Shown: positions 1-11,471 of the stretch, piece by piece
Numbering within the stretch: the first letter of the stretch is position 1
Layout: the number at the start of each line of letters is the position of its first letter
Source: Squalus acanthias
Lineage: Eukaryota
DNA: 64,000 nt
Assembly: GCA_030390025.1 (NCBI GenBank)
Contig: JASTWF010000033.1
Coordinates: 5,334,001-5,398,000, forward strand
Direction: 5' to 3'
The notes under the pieces: generated by a model
Databases searched by the model: none
What the model was told of the DNA's origin: nothing
The model's input: only the letters and a program-made list of their open reading frames with translations
Program-made: the position numbers and the translations under genes

Positions 1-835
1 CTCAAGTGCCTATCCAGTCTACCCTTGAAAACATTGAGCGTCTCCATTTCCACCACTTCCGTCGGCAGCGAGTCCCGGTCCTCACCACTCGCTGCGTAAA
101 GAAGGTGCCCTCACATCCCCCTCTGTACCTCTTGCCCAAAACCTTAAATCTGTTTCCATTGGCCTTGTACCGTCAACTAGTGGGAACAACCTTTCCCTGT
201 CTAGCCTATCCAAACCCATCATAAACTTGCACACCTCTATCAAATCACCCCTCAACCTCCTTTGTCTTAAAATACTCAAGTGCAGCGCCTTGGGACTAGG
301 TTAAAGATGCTATATAAATACAAGTTATTGTTGTTGTAATGCAAACAAATGCAGCTTCTCCAACCTGTCCTTGTTGCTAAGATCCCCCATCCCCAGAACC
401 ATTCTGGTGAATCTCCTCTGCACCCTCTCAAGGGCCTTCACATCCTTCCTAAATTGTGGTGACCCGAACTGGACGCAATGCTCCAGTCGTGGCCTAACCA
501 GCGCTTTATAAAGGTTCAGCATAACTTCTCTACTTTTGTACTCAATAGCTCTATTTATGAAACCCAAGATTCCAAATGCTTTGCTAAGCACTCTCTCAAC
601 ATGTCCTGCCACCTTCGGGGACCTATGCACATTAACTCCCAGGTCCCTCTGTCCCTGCACACTCTTTAAAACTGTCCCATTAAGTGTATCTTGTCACTCC
701 CTGTTCCTTCTGTCAAAATGCATCACCTCACACTTCTCTGTATTAAATTCCAGCTGCCAGTTGTCTGCCCATTCTGCTAGCCTTTCTATGTCCTGCTGCA
801 GTCGATTGGTATCATCCTCACTGTTTGCCACACCC
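1..835 (-). mobile_element. CR1-type LINE, ORF2 RT C-terminal fragment (decayed)
   Basis: ORFs 325-660 and 82-279 give QRDLGV..HRS, LYKALVRPRLEHCVQF, LERVQRRFTRM and RRLRGDLIEV, typical CR1 ORF2 C-terminal motifs. Confidence 0.9.
271..336 (+). mobile_element. short L2/SINE-type 3' tail inserted in the CR1
   Basis: gcgccttgggac...gctatataaatacaagttattgttgttg tail, flanked by TAA (268-270, 337-339); a CR1 paralog lacks it at ~61248. Confidence 0.7.
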
Positions 836-839
836 CAAA

Positions 840-2553
840 AAATTCAATAAGATTAGTCAAACACGATCTGCCGTTTAGAAATCAGTGTTGGCTCTCCTTA
901 ATTAGCTTAAATGTCTCCAAGTGCACATAAATTTTTTTGCTTTATTACTGTTTCCACAACTTTACCCACCACTGATGTTAAACTGACCGGACTTTAGTCA
1001 CGAGGATTATCCTTAAAACCTTTCTTCAACCTTTCTTGGATCTCTCTGAAATTTCCCTGCAAATTTGCTCCTCCATATTTCCCACTAGTTGGTGGCCTAT
1101 AGAATACACCTAGTATTGTAATGGCCCCTCTATTATTTCTTAACTATTGCCATATAGATTCTGTCCTTGACCCCTCCAGGGCATCCTCACTCTTCAGGAC
1201 TGTAATATACTCCTTAACCAATACTGCCACACCACCTCCTATCTTTCCTTCCCTATCTTTCCCGTACACCTTCTATCCATGAATATTTAATACCCAATCC
1301 TGCCCTTTTTCGAGCCATGTTTCCGTTATTGCCATAACGTCATATTCCCATGTGGCTATTTGCGACTGCAGCTCACCTACCTTGTTTACTATAGTTTGTG
1401 CGTTCACATACATGCACTGTAAACCTATCTTAGACAATCCTGTGGTCTCTCTTAGTCTGACTTCACCTAAAGTCTTACTAAGGGCAACACGGTGGCATAG
1501 TGGTTAGCACTGGTACCGCACAGCGCCAGGGTCCCGGGTTCGAATCTGACCTCGGGTGACTGTCTGTGTGGAGTTTGCACATTCTCCCCGTGTCTGCGTG
1601 GGTTTCCTCCGGGTGCTCCGGTTTCCTCCCACAGTCCAAAAATGTGCGGGTTAGGCTGATTTGGCTATGATAAATTGACCCTTAGTGTTAGGGGGGGATT
1701 AAATATGTGGGGTTATGGGGATAGGATGGGATATGTTAGGGGGAATTAAATACGTGGGGTTACGGGGGTAGGGTGGGATATGTGTACTGTGGGGATTAAA
1801 GCAGGGGCAGGGTACTGGATTTGAATGATCAGCCATGATCGTATTGAATGGTGGAGCAGGCTCGAATGGCCTACTCCTGCTCCTAGATTCTATGTTTCTA
1901 TTTCTTACTTTAGTGCTATCCATCTCTGCAGATCCTTTGTGCGCCTGGTTTCTCCTTTCTATTGCTACATCCTGCTGCCCACACCCCTGCCAAGTCAATT
2001 TAAATCCTCCCCAACAGCGCCAGCAAACATCCCCGTGAGGATATTTCTACCGGTTCTGTTGAGCTGCAACCCGTCCAGCCTGTACTGTTCCCACCTTCCC
2101 CGGAACTGTCCCCATGCCCCAGGAAACTCATCCCTCTCTACCTATGTCGTTGGTACCGATATGGATCTCGACCTCGGGCTGTTCACCTTCGCCCCTCAGA
2201 ATATTCTGCAGCCGCTCAGTGACATCCTTGACCTTGGCACCGGGGAGGCAACATTACCATCCTGGAGTCATGTCTGAACTCCCCTTCTGTCTGTCGGTCA
2301 CCCATTCCCTCTCTGCCTGCACACTCCTTAGCTGCGGGGTGACCATCTCCTGAAACGTGCTGTCCACGTAGCTCTCAGCCTCATGGATGTACCACAGTGA
2401 CACCAGCTGCTGCTCAAGCTCTAAAACCCGGAGCTCGAGCTCCTCCAGCTGATGACACTTCCTGCACAGGTGGTTGTCCAGGACACGGGAAGCGTCCTGG
2501 ATTCCCCACATGGCACAAGATGCACATTCCGTGGGACTGAGCTGCCCTGCCAT
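840..2553 (-). mobile_element. CR1 5' region remnants (ORF1 and endonuclease part), interrupted by a SINE
   Basis: ORF 2254-2553 (CASCAMW..HLCRKCHQLEELELRVLELEQQL) resembles the CR1 ORF1 zinc finger/leucine zipper; 1080-1400 resembles the endonuclease region of the CR1 at 56300-56630. Confidence 0.75.
1482..1901 (+). mobile_element. HE1-like V-SINE (tRNA-derived head, V domain, CR1/HER1-type 3' tail)
   Basis: A box tggcatagtgg, B box ggttcgaatc, V-domain ctgtgtggagtttgcacattctccccgtgtctgcgtgggtttcctccgggtgctccggtttcctcccacagtccaaa, tail gatcagccatgatc...cctactcctgctcct...ctatgtttctat. Confidence 0.85.
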
Positions 2554-2974
2554 GCCTTTATTATTCGACTATTAACTAACTTTACAGAAAATTAAGACTA
2601 AGCTGTACCTAATTAAAGTTATTAATGTAATATATTATTAACAGTTACTAATTTAACGTAGTATTAATTTTTTGCTAACAGTATCTTGTGTGAAAACTTA
2701 TCAAATGCCTGCTAGATTTCATCATATTAAATCTAGAAAATACGTCCCCTTGATTCAGTTTTCGTTTTCCTCCTGTCTCTGGTAATTTATCCTGTACTAT
2801 GAAGACCGATACAAAGTAATTATTTAGCATACTGCCATGTCCTTATTTTCAATTACAGTATCACATGGCTCTGTCTTTAAGGGGCCCACATTCTCCTTTG
2901 CCTCCCGCTTTATCATAATATACTCGTAAAAACTTTTCACAGGTTTATTCTCGTATTACATTTCTATAATGTTG

Positions 2975-3168
2975 TTTGCACCTTTTTGATGTCCAAAGAG
3001 ACTTGGGGGCCTATGTTCATAGATCATTAAAATGTCATGGACAGCTACAGAAAATAATCCAAAAGGCTGATGGAAAGCTGCCCTTTATATCTAGAGGGCG
3101 AGAATACAACGGGGTCGAATTTATGCTGCAGCTGTACAGAGCCCTGGTTAGTCCTCAGATGGATTATT
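2975..3168 (+). mobile_element. CR1 RT fragment
   Basis: ORF 2976 reads VQRDLGAYVHRSLK...LQLYRALVSPQMDY. Confidence 0.75.
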
Positions 3169-3911
3169 GGGCCAAAAATTCATCCCGCGACGCGAGAGTA
3201 TGCACTGCGTACTCTCGCGTATTCCCTCTGCAATTGCCGGTTTTCTGCATGCCCTGCGCATGCGCTGAAAACCGGCAATTGGTCTTTTGAAAAGGGGGCG
3301 GTTCCTCGGTGCATCGCGTGCGCGCTACAGGCTGCGCGCACGCTGTGCACTTCATGCTTTGGACGCGCAGGTAAGTACGGAAGATTTTAGAAATGGAAAA
3401 AGGAGGAGTAAGACCCACTTTTAACAAGGTAAGTAGTGAATTAAGTATTTTTTTGAATTTTTTTTAACAGGTATATCTTTTTTAGAGACTTTAAAGACAG
3501 GTAAGTTTATTTTTATAACTTTTTAAAAGATATTAAATTTTTTCAAAAATGTAATTTTTTATTTAAAATGGTTAATTTATTTAACTATACTTATTTTATT
3601 AAAGTGATGGGTTTTTTTTTAATTTAATTGAGGTTTAGCTGTTATTTTGGGGGGGTGTAAGATTCATAGATTTCAAAGCACGTATGTGAAACTTATGAAT
3701 GGAAGATGGTGTGCTGCCATTGGCTCTAACTGAGTCACGTGATCCCACAGCTCGCAAGAATTCACTACGCCGGTGGGATACGCAAGCACTGCCCGGCTGA
3801 TGTCTGGAACATCAAGTTCGTGCGAGCTGGAACTGAAAAAGCACAAGCGGAGTGAGAGGACGCAGGGAAGGCTTACCCCCGCGGGAACAGAGCGAGATCA
3901 ATTTCTGGGCC
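3169..3911 (+). mobile_element. non-autonomous DNA transposon (MITE, PIF/Harbinger-like), copy 1
   Basis: termini GGGCCAAAAATT / AATTTCTGGGCC, ATT on both sides, near-identical inverted copy at 6795-7535. Confidence 0.85.
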
Positions 3912-3994
3912 ATTATGTAAAATGAGATATGAGTAACAGTTACCATGCAAAGCACAAATAAAATGATTGGGTTAACTGGGTTGGGTTAACTATT

Positions 3995-4755
3995 GGGTCA
4001 GAAATTCAGCCCTCCACGGGTGAGTACGCGCTGTGTACTCACCCACAGACCTAACGAAAGTGCCAGTTTCACGCATGCACTGCGCATGCGCTGGAAACCG
4101 GAACTTCCGTTCCCCTGAAGGAAGGGGTTCAGAGGTCGAACGCATGCGCGTTAGAGGCAGCGCTCATGCAGCGAACTTCGTTTTTTTTCAGGTTTCTCCG
4201 TGAGGGTAAGTATGGAGAAGCTGCACATTTAAAAAGCAGGCGCAAGGCCTGTTTTTAACAAGGTAAGTGGTTAATTAATTACAATTTAAAAAAATTTCAC
4301 CAGGCTTATCTTTTTTACATACTTTAAAGAAAGGTAAGTCAATTTTTAGCACCATTAAAAAGTATAATTAATTTTTTCAAAAATTTAATTTTTTTTTTAA
4401 AGTAGTTAATTTATGTAACTTATAGTTATTTTAAAAATGTGATGTTTTTATTTAATTTATTTGAAGTTTAAGTGTGGTTTTGGGGCTGATCTCTATTCAT
4501 AGATTTGACAGGTCTTCCTGTCAAATCTATGAATGAAAATGCCCTGCTCCGATTGGTTCTCCATGGCCCACGTGAGCCCAGGGGATGCTTTGAGCTAACT
4601 GCGCCCCTGGGATACGCAAGCACTGCGTGCCGGCAGCTGCAGGAGGCCCAGGAGCCGAAGTCCTCGTGGGCCCGAAGCACAACGGCAGGCACGGCAGGTA
4701 AGTACGCGCGCGATGCTTGCACCCGCAGGAAGCCGGAGAGCCGAATTTCTGGCAC
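3995..4755 (+). mobile_element. MITE, same superfamily, diverged copy 2
   Basis: termini GGGTCAGAAATT / AATTTCTGGCAC; same GC-rich ends, AT-rich core and subterminal hairpins as copy 1. Confidence 0.8.
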
Positions 4756-5210
4756 AATATATCTTGTAAGTTATGGTTGCCCCATGATCTCATGCCGTTA
4801 TGCTCAGTGTTCTGTGTTTTGCTGGGCTTGAAACATATATTAAGTAAATATTAGATTGATTTATATATACCACGTGTATATGACACATATTCACTTTGAA
4901 CTGACTTCTGACGAGAGGCAGGACTAATTATATTAGATTTCCTTGACCTGCTTGATTCAATTCTCGTACCCGGGCATAATGTCCAGAATATGCAAGAATC
5001 ATTCTACCCAAATACTCCCAATGGCCCCACCTTTATTTATGTTGAAATGTATCAAATTACTCTATCGCTCATTCCATATATTTATCGATTCAATAATACG
5101 TAAAAACAAATTCATCTGCGCCAGTTCCGTGCTACAAATCTTCCTATCCCTTTTTTCTCACAATTCTGTGCCAACATCTCTGTAATAAATTGAACTGTCC
5201 AGAATTATAA

Positions 5211-5419
5211 TGAGAAGTCGCAGAACACCAGGTTATAGTCCAACAGTTTTATTTGAAATCACAAGCTTCCGGAGCGGCTGCTCCTTCGTCACTTCACCCG
5301 ACGAAGGAACAGCCGCTCCGAAAGCTTGTGATTTGAAATGAAGCTGTTGGACTATAACCTGGTGTTGTGCGACTTCTCACTTTTGTCCACCCCAGTCCAA
5401 CACCGGCATCTCCGCATCA
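5211..5419. mobile_element. Penelope-derived palindromic mini-element with degenerate hammerhead cores
   Basis: arms ~5213-5291 and ~5300-5377 are reverse complements and match the Penelope terminus at 50988-51075; TSD CAGAATTATAA at 5200-5210 and 5420-5430. Confidence 0.85.
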
Positions 5420-5667
5420 CAGAATTATAAATGCAGCTCTCTATGTCACCACTTGTTGCTGCAGCAGCACAGATTTACCTGCCCCAGCTTCTCAGTGTGC
5501 ACCATTATCTGGTTCAACCCACTGTAGCTGCCTTGCATATTACTCTAAGCTTTGCTGTAAACCACAATATGTGGGGACTTTAAAATGGTGACCCAATCAC
5601 GTCTGGAAGCCCGACACCAATTAACCTAACTCCCTAATCTAAGAATCTGGAGCAGGAATAGGCCATT

Positions 5668-5950
5668 AAAACATAAGAACATAAGACATAGGAGCAGGAG
5701 TGGGCCATTCGACCCTTCGAGCCTGCTCTGCAATTCATTGAGACCATGGCTTATCTTCTGCCTCAAATCCATTCACCTGTATTATCGCCATATCCCTTGA
5801 TGCCCTTACTAATCTGAAATATATCGAATTATGTTTTGAATATACCCAATGACTGAAACTCCACAGCCCTCTGTGGTACAGAATTCCAAAGTTCACCACC
5901 CTCTGTGTGAACAATTTTCTTCTCATCTCAGTCCTGAATGGCATACCCTT
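5668..5950 (-). mobile_element. CR1 3' end fragment
   Basis: PFRTEMRRKLFTQRVVN peptide and cctactcctgctcct...ttatgtt-type tail on the minus strand. Confidence 0.8.
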
Positions 5951-5999
5951 TATGGAGTTCACTGTTCAGTACCCCTCTGCATAAAACACACATACAGCG

Positions 6000-6072
6000 G
6001 GTTATGTAGTGTAGTGGTTATCACGTTCGCTTAACACGCGATCGGCCCCCGGATCGAGGCGGGGTGGGAGCA
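6000..6072 (+). pseudogene. tRNA-Val(AAC) pseudogene
   Basis: gtagtgtagtggttatcacgttcgcttaacacgcg matches vertebrate tRNA-Val; acceptor stem and B box damaged. Confidence 0.85.
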
Positions 6073-6719
6073 TTATGTTTAAACTTGCTGTGGATGAACA
6101 ACCAGCGCTGTTATTCCAAATGACAAGAGATAAATGCTGTCAATCTGAAATAGAAACGGAAAATGCTGGAAATTCTCAAGAGATCAGGCAGCATATGTGG
6201 ATAAAGAATCAGGATGAACGTTTCAAGTCGATTACCCTTTGTTGGACCTGAGAAACGTCAAAGATGTATGATTAGTTTACTCTCCTGTCAATAGGGCTAC
6301 AGCGGCTTCTCCCTTATTCTTTGATTGTTCTTTATTTCACTTCACAAGTCAGATACATTTGAGTGAGAGAAAACTGATCCACAGTGAGGCACATTTCATT
6401 ATTTGTTCCCTATTAAACCCTGGAATCTCTGAAGCCCTGAAGTTCAGAAATGTAATTCATTAATATGCAGGGTGGCCATCAGTACGAAGCCTTTTCTGTC
6501 TGGATCCGGGAGTGCAGCTGGTTTAAGGCTCAAGGTTGCCGCTACTGCCGATAGATTTTTGTTGGGTAAGGATATTAAGGGTTAAGGAAACAAAGCGGGT
6601 AGATGATGAGAAGATACAGATCAACCCTAATCTAATTGACTGGCGCAACAGGCTCGAGGTGGCTGAATAGCCTGTTCCTGTTCCTATGGAGTCGCTGCAA
6701 TGCACCCGAGTGCTGGAGG

Positions 6720-6792
6720 GTTTATGTTGTGTACTGGTTATCGCATTCCGCTAACACACGAAAACTCAACGGTTCGAATGTGAGTAGACACA
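6720..6792 (+). pseudogene. degenerate tRNA-Val(AAC)
   Basis: 73-nt alignment to tRNA-Val with many substitutions; ctaacac loop. Confidence 0.7.
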
Positions 6793-6794
6793 TT

Positions 6795-7535
6795 GGCCCA
6801 GAAATTAAAGACTGAGTGTTGACGCGGGGGTAAGGCTTCCCCGCGATCTCTCACTCCACGTTGGCTTTTTCAGATCCAGCTCGCACGAACTTGATGTTCT
6901 GGACATCAGCTGGGCAGTGCTTGCGTATCCCACCGGCGTAGTGAATTCGTGCGAGCTGTGGGATCACGTGACTCAGTTAGAGCCAATGGCAGCACACCAT
7001 CTTCCATTCATAAGTTTCACATACGTGCTGTGAAAGCTATGAATCTTACACACCCCCAAAATAACAGCTAAACCTCAATTAAATTAAAAAAAAACCATCA
7101 CATTAATAAAATAAGTATAGTTAAATAAATTAACCATTTTAAATAAAAAATTAAATTTTTGAAAAAATGTAAAATCTTTTAAAAAGTTATAAAAATAAAC
7201 CTACCTGTCTTTAAAGTCTCTAAAAAAGATATACCTGTTAAAAAAATTCAAACTAATACTTAATTCACTACTTACCTTGTTAAAAGTGGGTCTTACTCCT
7301 CCTTTTTTCATTTCTAAAATCTTCCGTCCTTACCTGCGCGTCCAAAGCACTAAGTGCACAGCGTGCGCGCAGCCTGTAGCGCGCACGCGGTGCACCGAGG
7401 AACCGCCCCCTTTTCCAAAAACCAAGTGCCGGTTTTCAGCGCATGCGCAGTGCATGCAGAAAACCGGCAATTGGTGACAGAATACGCGAGAGTACACAGT
7501 GCGTACTCTCGCGTCGCGGGACTAATTTTTGGGCC
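6795..7535 (-). mobile_element. MITE copy 3 (inverted, near-identical to copy 1)
   Basis: GGCCCAGAAATT...AATTTTTGGGCC; absent from the paralogous unit at ~9876. Confidence 0.9.
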
Positions 7536-8300
7536 AATGCATTTTATCCATTCAAGTTTACTAAATATGAAAACTGGAATAATTTGAATGTTTCGTTCAG
7601 TATAAATGAAATACGCATTGACAGGTGAATTAAGCCAGTCAAATGGCAGCGTTACAGTGAGTGAAGTAATTCTCAATGTTATTTCCCATATAGGACACAG
7701 TTTTGTTTGCGGTACTGTAAGTAGGATTTGGGGAAAGTTGGGGCTGATTTAGGGAATAACCCCTCCCGTGTCGCTAACATAAGAGGTGGGCCTTATTTTA
7801 TTTCAAAATTGAGGCTGGGAACTTTCTCATTGAGAATGTGGAAGCAGAACAACACAGATTAACAGGAAAAAACGAGGTCAGCGACAGGATTCAAATTGCA
7901 GTTTCAATCGGTCCGTCTGGGTGTCTTTTCAATAAGTAAGAAAAAAGCGCGTCTCTAAAAATGTCCCCACCATGTTATGATTCAGGAAACTGAGACGAGG
8001 GCTAGAAATAGAGAAATAAAAGCACAGGGATATAGAGAAGAGGAAGCGAGAAGGGAAAAATACTGTTTCCACGCAGAACGAATGCAGAGACTCCTCTGCT
8101 GCGCCTGGTGTAGCCTCCTGCAGCCAGGGTGCATTAACGTCCTAACAGCTCACAAACTGCAGGAGTGGGACTGGGCGGCGCTTCAGAAGTCAGGTCGAAA
8201 GGGCAAAGACAATGTCTCGGTCTCAAGTGCTCTGATCATCAAGAATAGCCACACAAACAAAATGGTTTTACAATTATTAGCTACTCACTCGGCTAGGTTT

Positions 8301-8384
8301 GAACCGGCGTTCTCGGGTCCGATTTTCGCTTCGGTGTTTGTTTAAATTTACGAGAAGTCCGCGGTTCAAATCCCAAAAGAGCGA
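8301..8384 (+). pseudogene. tRNA-Pro(CGG)-like with ~13-nt insertion 3' of the anticodon
   Basis: gattttcgcttcgg-[tgtttgtttaaatt]-tacgagaagtccgcggttcaaatccc aligns to tRNA-Pro; acceptor stem decayed. Confidence 0.7.
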
Positions 8385-8664
8385 TCGTTTGCCGGCCACT
8401 ATTCAACTTGCAGTTGGATCTTTGCAATCGACATTAAATAACCGATTATCATAATTTACAGAATGAAAGAAAGGCGAAACACACTTCAATAACGCATTTG
8501 GCCCTTTGTATGTAATGAACTGTTAACCATATCTCATGTTACACATTGTATTTTCGGAATCTCGTTTAAAATGTTCATTGCTTATGAAAGCAGAAACCTG
8601 GGTCAACTTTTGTTAAAATTAACAGAACTGGTCACTGCATAGAATGAAATCCTGGCAAATGTAA

Positions 8665-8737
8665 TGTTTCCGCCCGGGCTCGAACCGGGTACCTTTCGCG
8701 TATGAGGCAAACGTGACAACCGCTACACTACAGAAAC
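8665..8737 (-). tRNA. tRNA-Val scaffold with CAT anticodon
   Basis: GTTTCTGTAGTGTAGCGGTTGTCACGTTTGCCTCATACGCGAAAGGTACCCGGTTCGAGCCCGGGCGGAAACA; all stems pair (some G-U), A and B boxes intact. Confidence 0.85.
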
Positions 8738-9083
8738 CGCTGCGTCATTGATCACAGAGAATAGAATCAGTAGTGAACAAAATATCTCACAGTTCTCATT
8801 TTCAGATTCAAGGCAGTCAAATTTTACATCAAGTGAAAGAATTTTTCAGTGAAACGATTTGGAAGTATGTGTTACTGGTACTTTTGCCTTTAATTAACGA
8901 TTGTGGCGTCTGACTCCCGTTCATGTCTCTTCTTCCTCTGTTGATTAGAAAGGAGGGGTTGACATTGACCAGACTGCACTGCGCCTGATACATGTGACCT
9001 CATTCATTATATTGAGTTATGCTGTTTAAGGTGAACCAATCAGCACTAGTCAGTTCCCCTCTGTTGAAGCGATTAACGCAGCG

Positions 9084-9156
9084 GTTCCCGTAGTGTAGTG
9101 GTTATCACGTTCGCTTTACAAGCGAAGAGTCCCCGTTTCGAGGCCGGGCGGAAACA
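9084..9156 (+). pseudogene. tRNA-Val(TAC), probably pseudogene
   Basis: 73 nt, TT-TAC-AA loop; G53>T in the B box, acceptor mismatch. Confidence 0.85.
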
Positions 9157-9802
9157 TTATATTTAAACTTGCTGCGGATGAACAACCAGCGGTGTTATTC
9201 CAAATGACAAGAGATAAATGCTGTAAATCTGAAATCGAAACGGAAAACGATGGACATTCTCAAGAGTTCAGGCTATATGTGTGGATAAAGAATCAGGGTG
9301 AACCTTTCAAGTCGATTACCCTTCGTTGGACCTGAGAAACGTCAGAGATGTATGGCTAGTTTATTCTCCTGTCAATAGGGCGACAGCGGCTTCTCCCTTA
9401 TTCTTTGATTTTTCTTTATTTCACTTCACAAATCAGATACCTTTGAGTGAGAGAAAACTGATCCACAGTGAGGCACATTGCAACTTTTGTTCCCTTTTAA
9501 ACCCTGGAATCTCTGAAGCACTAAAGTTCAGAAATGTAATTCATTAATCTGCAGGTTGGCCGTCAGTACGAAGCCTTTTCTGTCTGGATCCGGGAGTGCA
9601 GCACGTTTAAGGCTCAAGGTTGTCGCTACTGCCGATAGATTTTTGTTGGGTAAGGATATTAAGGGTTACGGAAACAAAGCGGGTAGATGATGAGAAGATA
9701 CAGATCAACTCTGATCTAATTGAATGGCGCAACAGGCTCGAGGGGCTGAATAGCCTGCTCCTGTTCCTATGGAGTCGCTGCAATGCACCCGAGTGCTGGA
9801 GG

Positions 9803-9875
9803 GTTTCCGTTGTGTACTGGTTATCGCATTCCGCTAACACACGAAAACTCAACGGTGCGAATGTGAGTAGACACA
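9803..9875 (+). pseudogene. degenerate tRNA-Val(AAC), paralog of 6720-6792
   Basis: gtttccgttgtgtactggttatcgcattccgctaacacacg... Confidence 0.7.
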
Positions 9876-10644
9876 ATTTAATGCCTTTTATCCATTCAAG
9901 TTTACTAAATATGAAAACTGGAATAATTTGAATGTTTCGTTCAGTATAAATAAAATACGCATTGACAGGTGAATTAAGCCTTTCAAATGGCAGCGTTACA
10001 GTGAGTGAAGTAATTCTCAATGTTATTTCCCATATAGGACACAGTTTTGTTTGCGGTACTGTAAGTAGGATTTGGGGAAATTTGGGGCTGATTTAGGGAA
10101 TTTCCCCTCGCGTGTCGCTAACATAAGAGGTTGGCCTTATTTTATTTCAAAATTGAGGCTGGGAACTTTCTCATTGAGAAGGTGGAAGCAGAACAACACA
10201 GATTAACAGGAAAACACAAGGTTAATGACAGGATTCAAATTGCACTTTCAATCGGACCGTCTGGGTGTCCTTTCAATAAGTAATAAAAAAGCGCGTCTCT
10301 AAAAATTTCCCCAGCATGTTATGATTCAGGACACTGAGACGAGGCTAGAAATTGAGAAATAAAAGCACAGGGATATAGAGAAGAGGAAGAGAGAAGGGTA
10401 AAAATGTTGTTTCCACGCAGAACTAATGCAGCGACTCCTCTGCTGCGCCTGGTGTAGCCTCCTGCAGCCTGGGTGCATTAACGTCCTAACAGCTCACAAA
10501 CTGCAGGAGTGGGATTTGGCGGCGCTTCAGAAGACAGTTCGAAAAGGCAAAGACACTGTCTCGGTCTCAAGTGCTCTGATCATCAAGAATAGCCACACAA
10601 ACAAAATGGTTTTCCAATTATTATCTAGTCACTCGGCTAGGTTT

Positions 10645-10728
10645 GAACCGGCGTTCTCGGGTCCGATTTTCGCTTCGGTGTTTGTTTAAATTTCCGAGAA
10701 CTCCGCGGTTCAAATCCCAAAAGAGCGT
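10645..10728 (+). pseudogene. tRNA-Pro(CGG)-like with ~13-nt insertion, paralog of 8301-8384
   Basis: cgcttcggtgtttgtttaaatttccgagaactccgcggttcaaatccc. Confidence 0.7.
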
Positions 10729-11008
10729 TCGTTTGCCGGCCACTATTCAACTTGCAGTTGAATCTTTGCAATCACCATTAAATAACCGATTACCATAATT
10801 TACAGAATGAAAGAAAGGCGAAATACACTTCAATAACGCATTTGGCCCTTTGTAAGTAATGAACTGTTAACCATATCTCATGTTACACATTGTACTTTAG
10901 GAATCGCGTTTAAAATGTTCATTGCTTATGAAAGCAGAAACCTGGAGCAACTTTTGTTAAAATTAACAGAACTGGTCACTGCATAGAATGAAATCCTGGC
11001 AAATGTAA

Positions 11009-11082
11009 TGTTTCCGCCCGGGCTCGAACCGGAGACTTTTTCGCGTGTGATACGAACGTGATAAGCGCTACACTACGGAAAC
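11009..11082 (-). tRNA. tRNA-Val(CAC), slightly damaged
   Basis: GTTTCCGTAGTGTAGCGCTTATCACGTTCGTATCACACGCGAAAAAGTCTCCGGTTCGAGCCCGGGCGGAAACA; D-loop GG>GC and 1-nt insertion. Confidence 0.85.
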
Positions 11083-11314
11083 CGCTCCGTCGTTGCTCAC
11101 AGGGGATAGACTCAGTAGTGAACAAAATATACCACAGCGTTCATTTTCAGATTCAAGGCAGTCAAATTTTAAATCAAGTGAAAGAATGTTTCTGTGAAAC
11201 GATTTGGAATTGTGTGTTACTGGTATTTTTGCCTTTAATTAACGATTGTGGCGTCTGACTCCCGTTCATGTCACCTCTTCCTCTGTTGAATAAGAAAGGA
11301 GGGGTTGCCATTGA

Positions 11315-11471
11315 GTTAGATATAACACTCACAACTAGGGGGATCAAGGGGTATGGCGAGAAAGCAGGAATGGGGTACTGAGGTAGCATGTTCAGCCATG
11401 AACGCATTGAATGGCGGTGCAGGCTCGAAGGACCGAATGGTCTACTCCTGTACCTATGTTTCTATGTTTCT
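11315..11471 (+). mobile_element. 5'-truncated CR1 3' end with ATTGA TSD
   Basis: CR1 tail ending ctatgtttctatgtttct; ATTGA at 11310-11314 and 11472-11476; empty site in the paralog at ~8964. Confidence 0.85.

Noticed and set aside
3164..3427. recurring MLKVGLTPPF... ORFs (also 7277-7477, 17478-17762)
   Set aside because: They lie inside MITE copies, start at non-ATG codons and have inconsistent frames; no transposase motifs.
7977..8345. 122-aa ORF conserved at 10426-10689
   Set aside because: Similarity is explained by recent segmental duplication; no recognisable domain, and it runs into the tRNA-Pro pseudogene.
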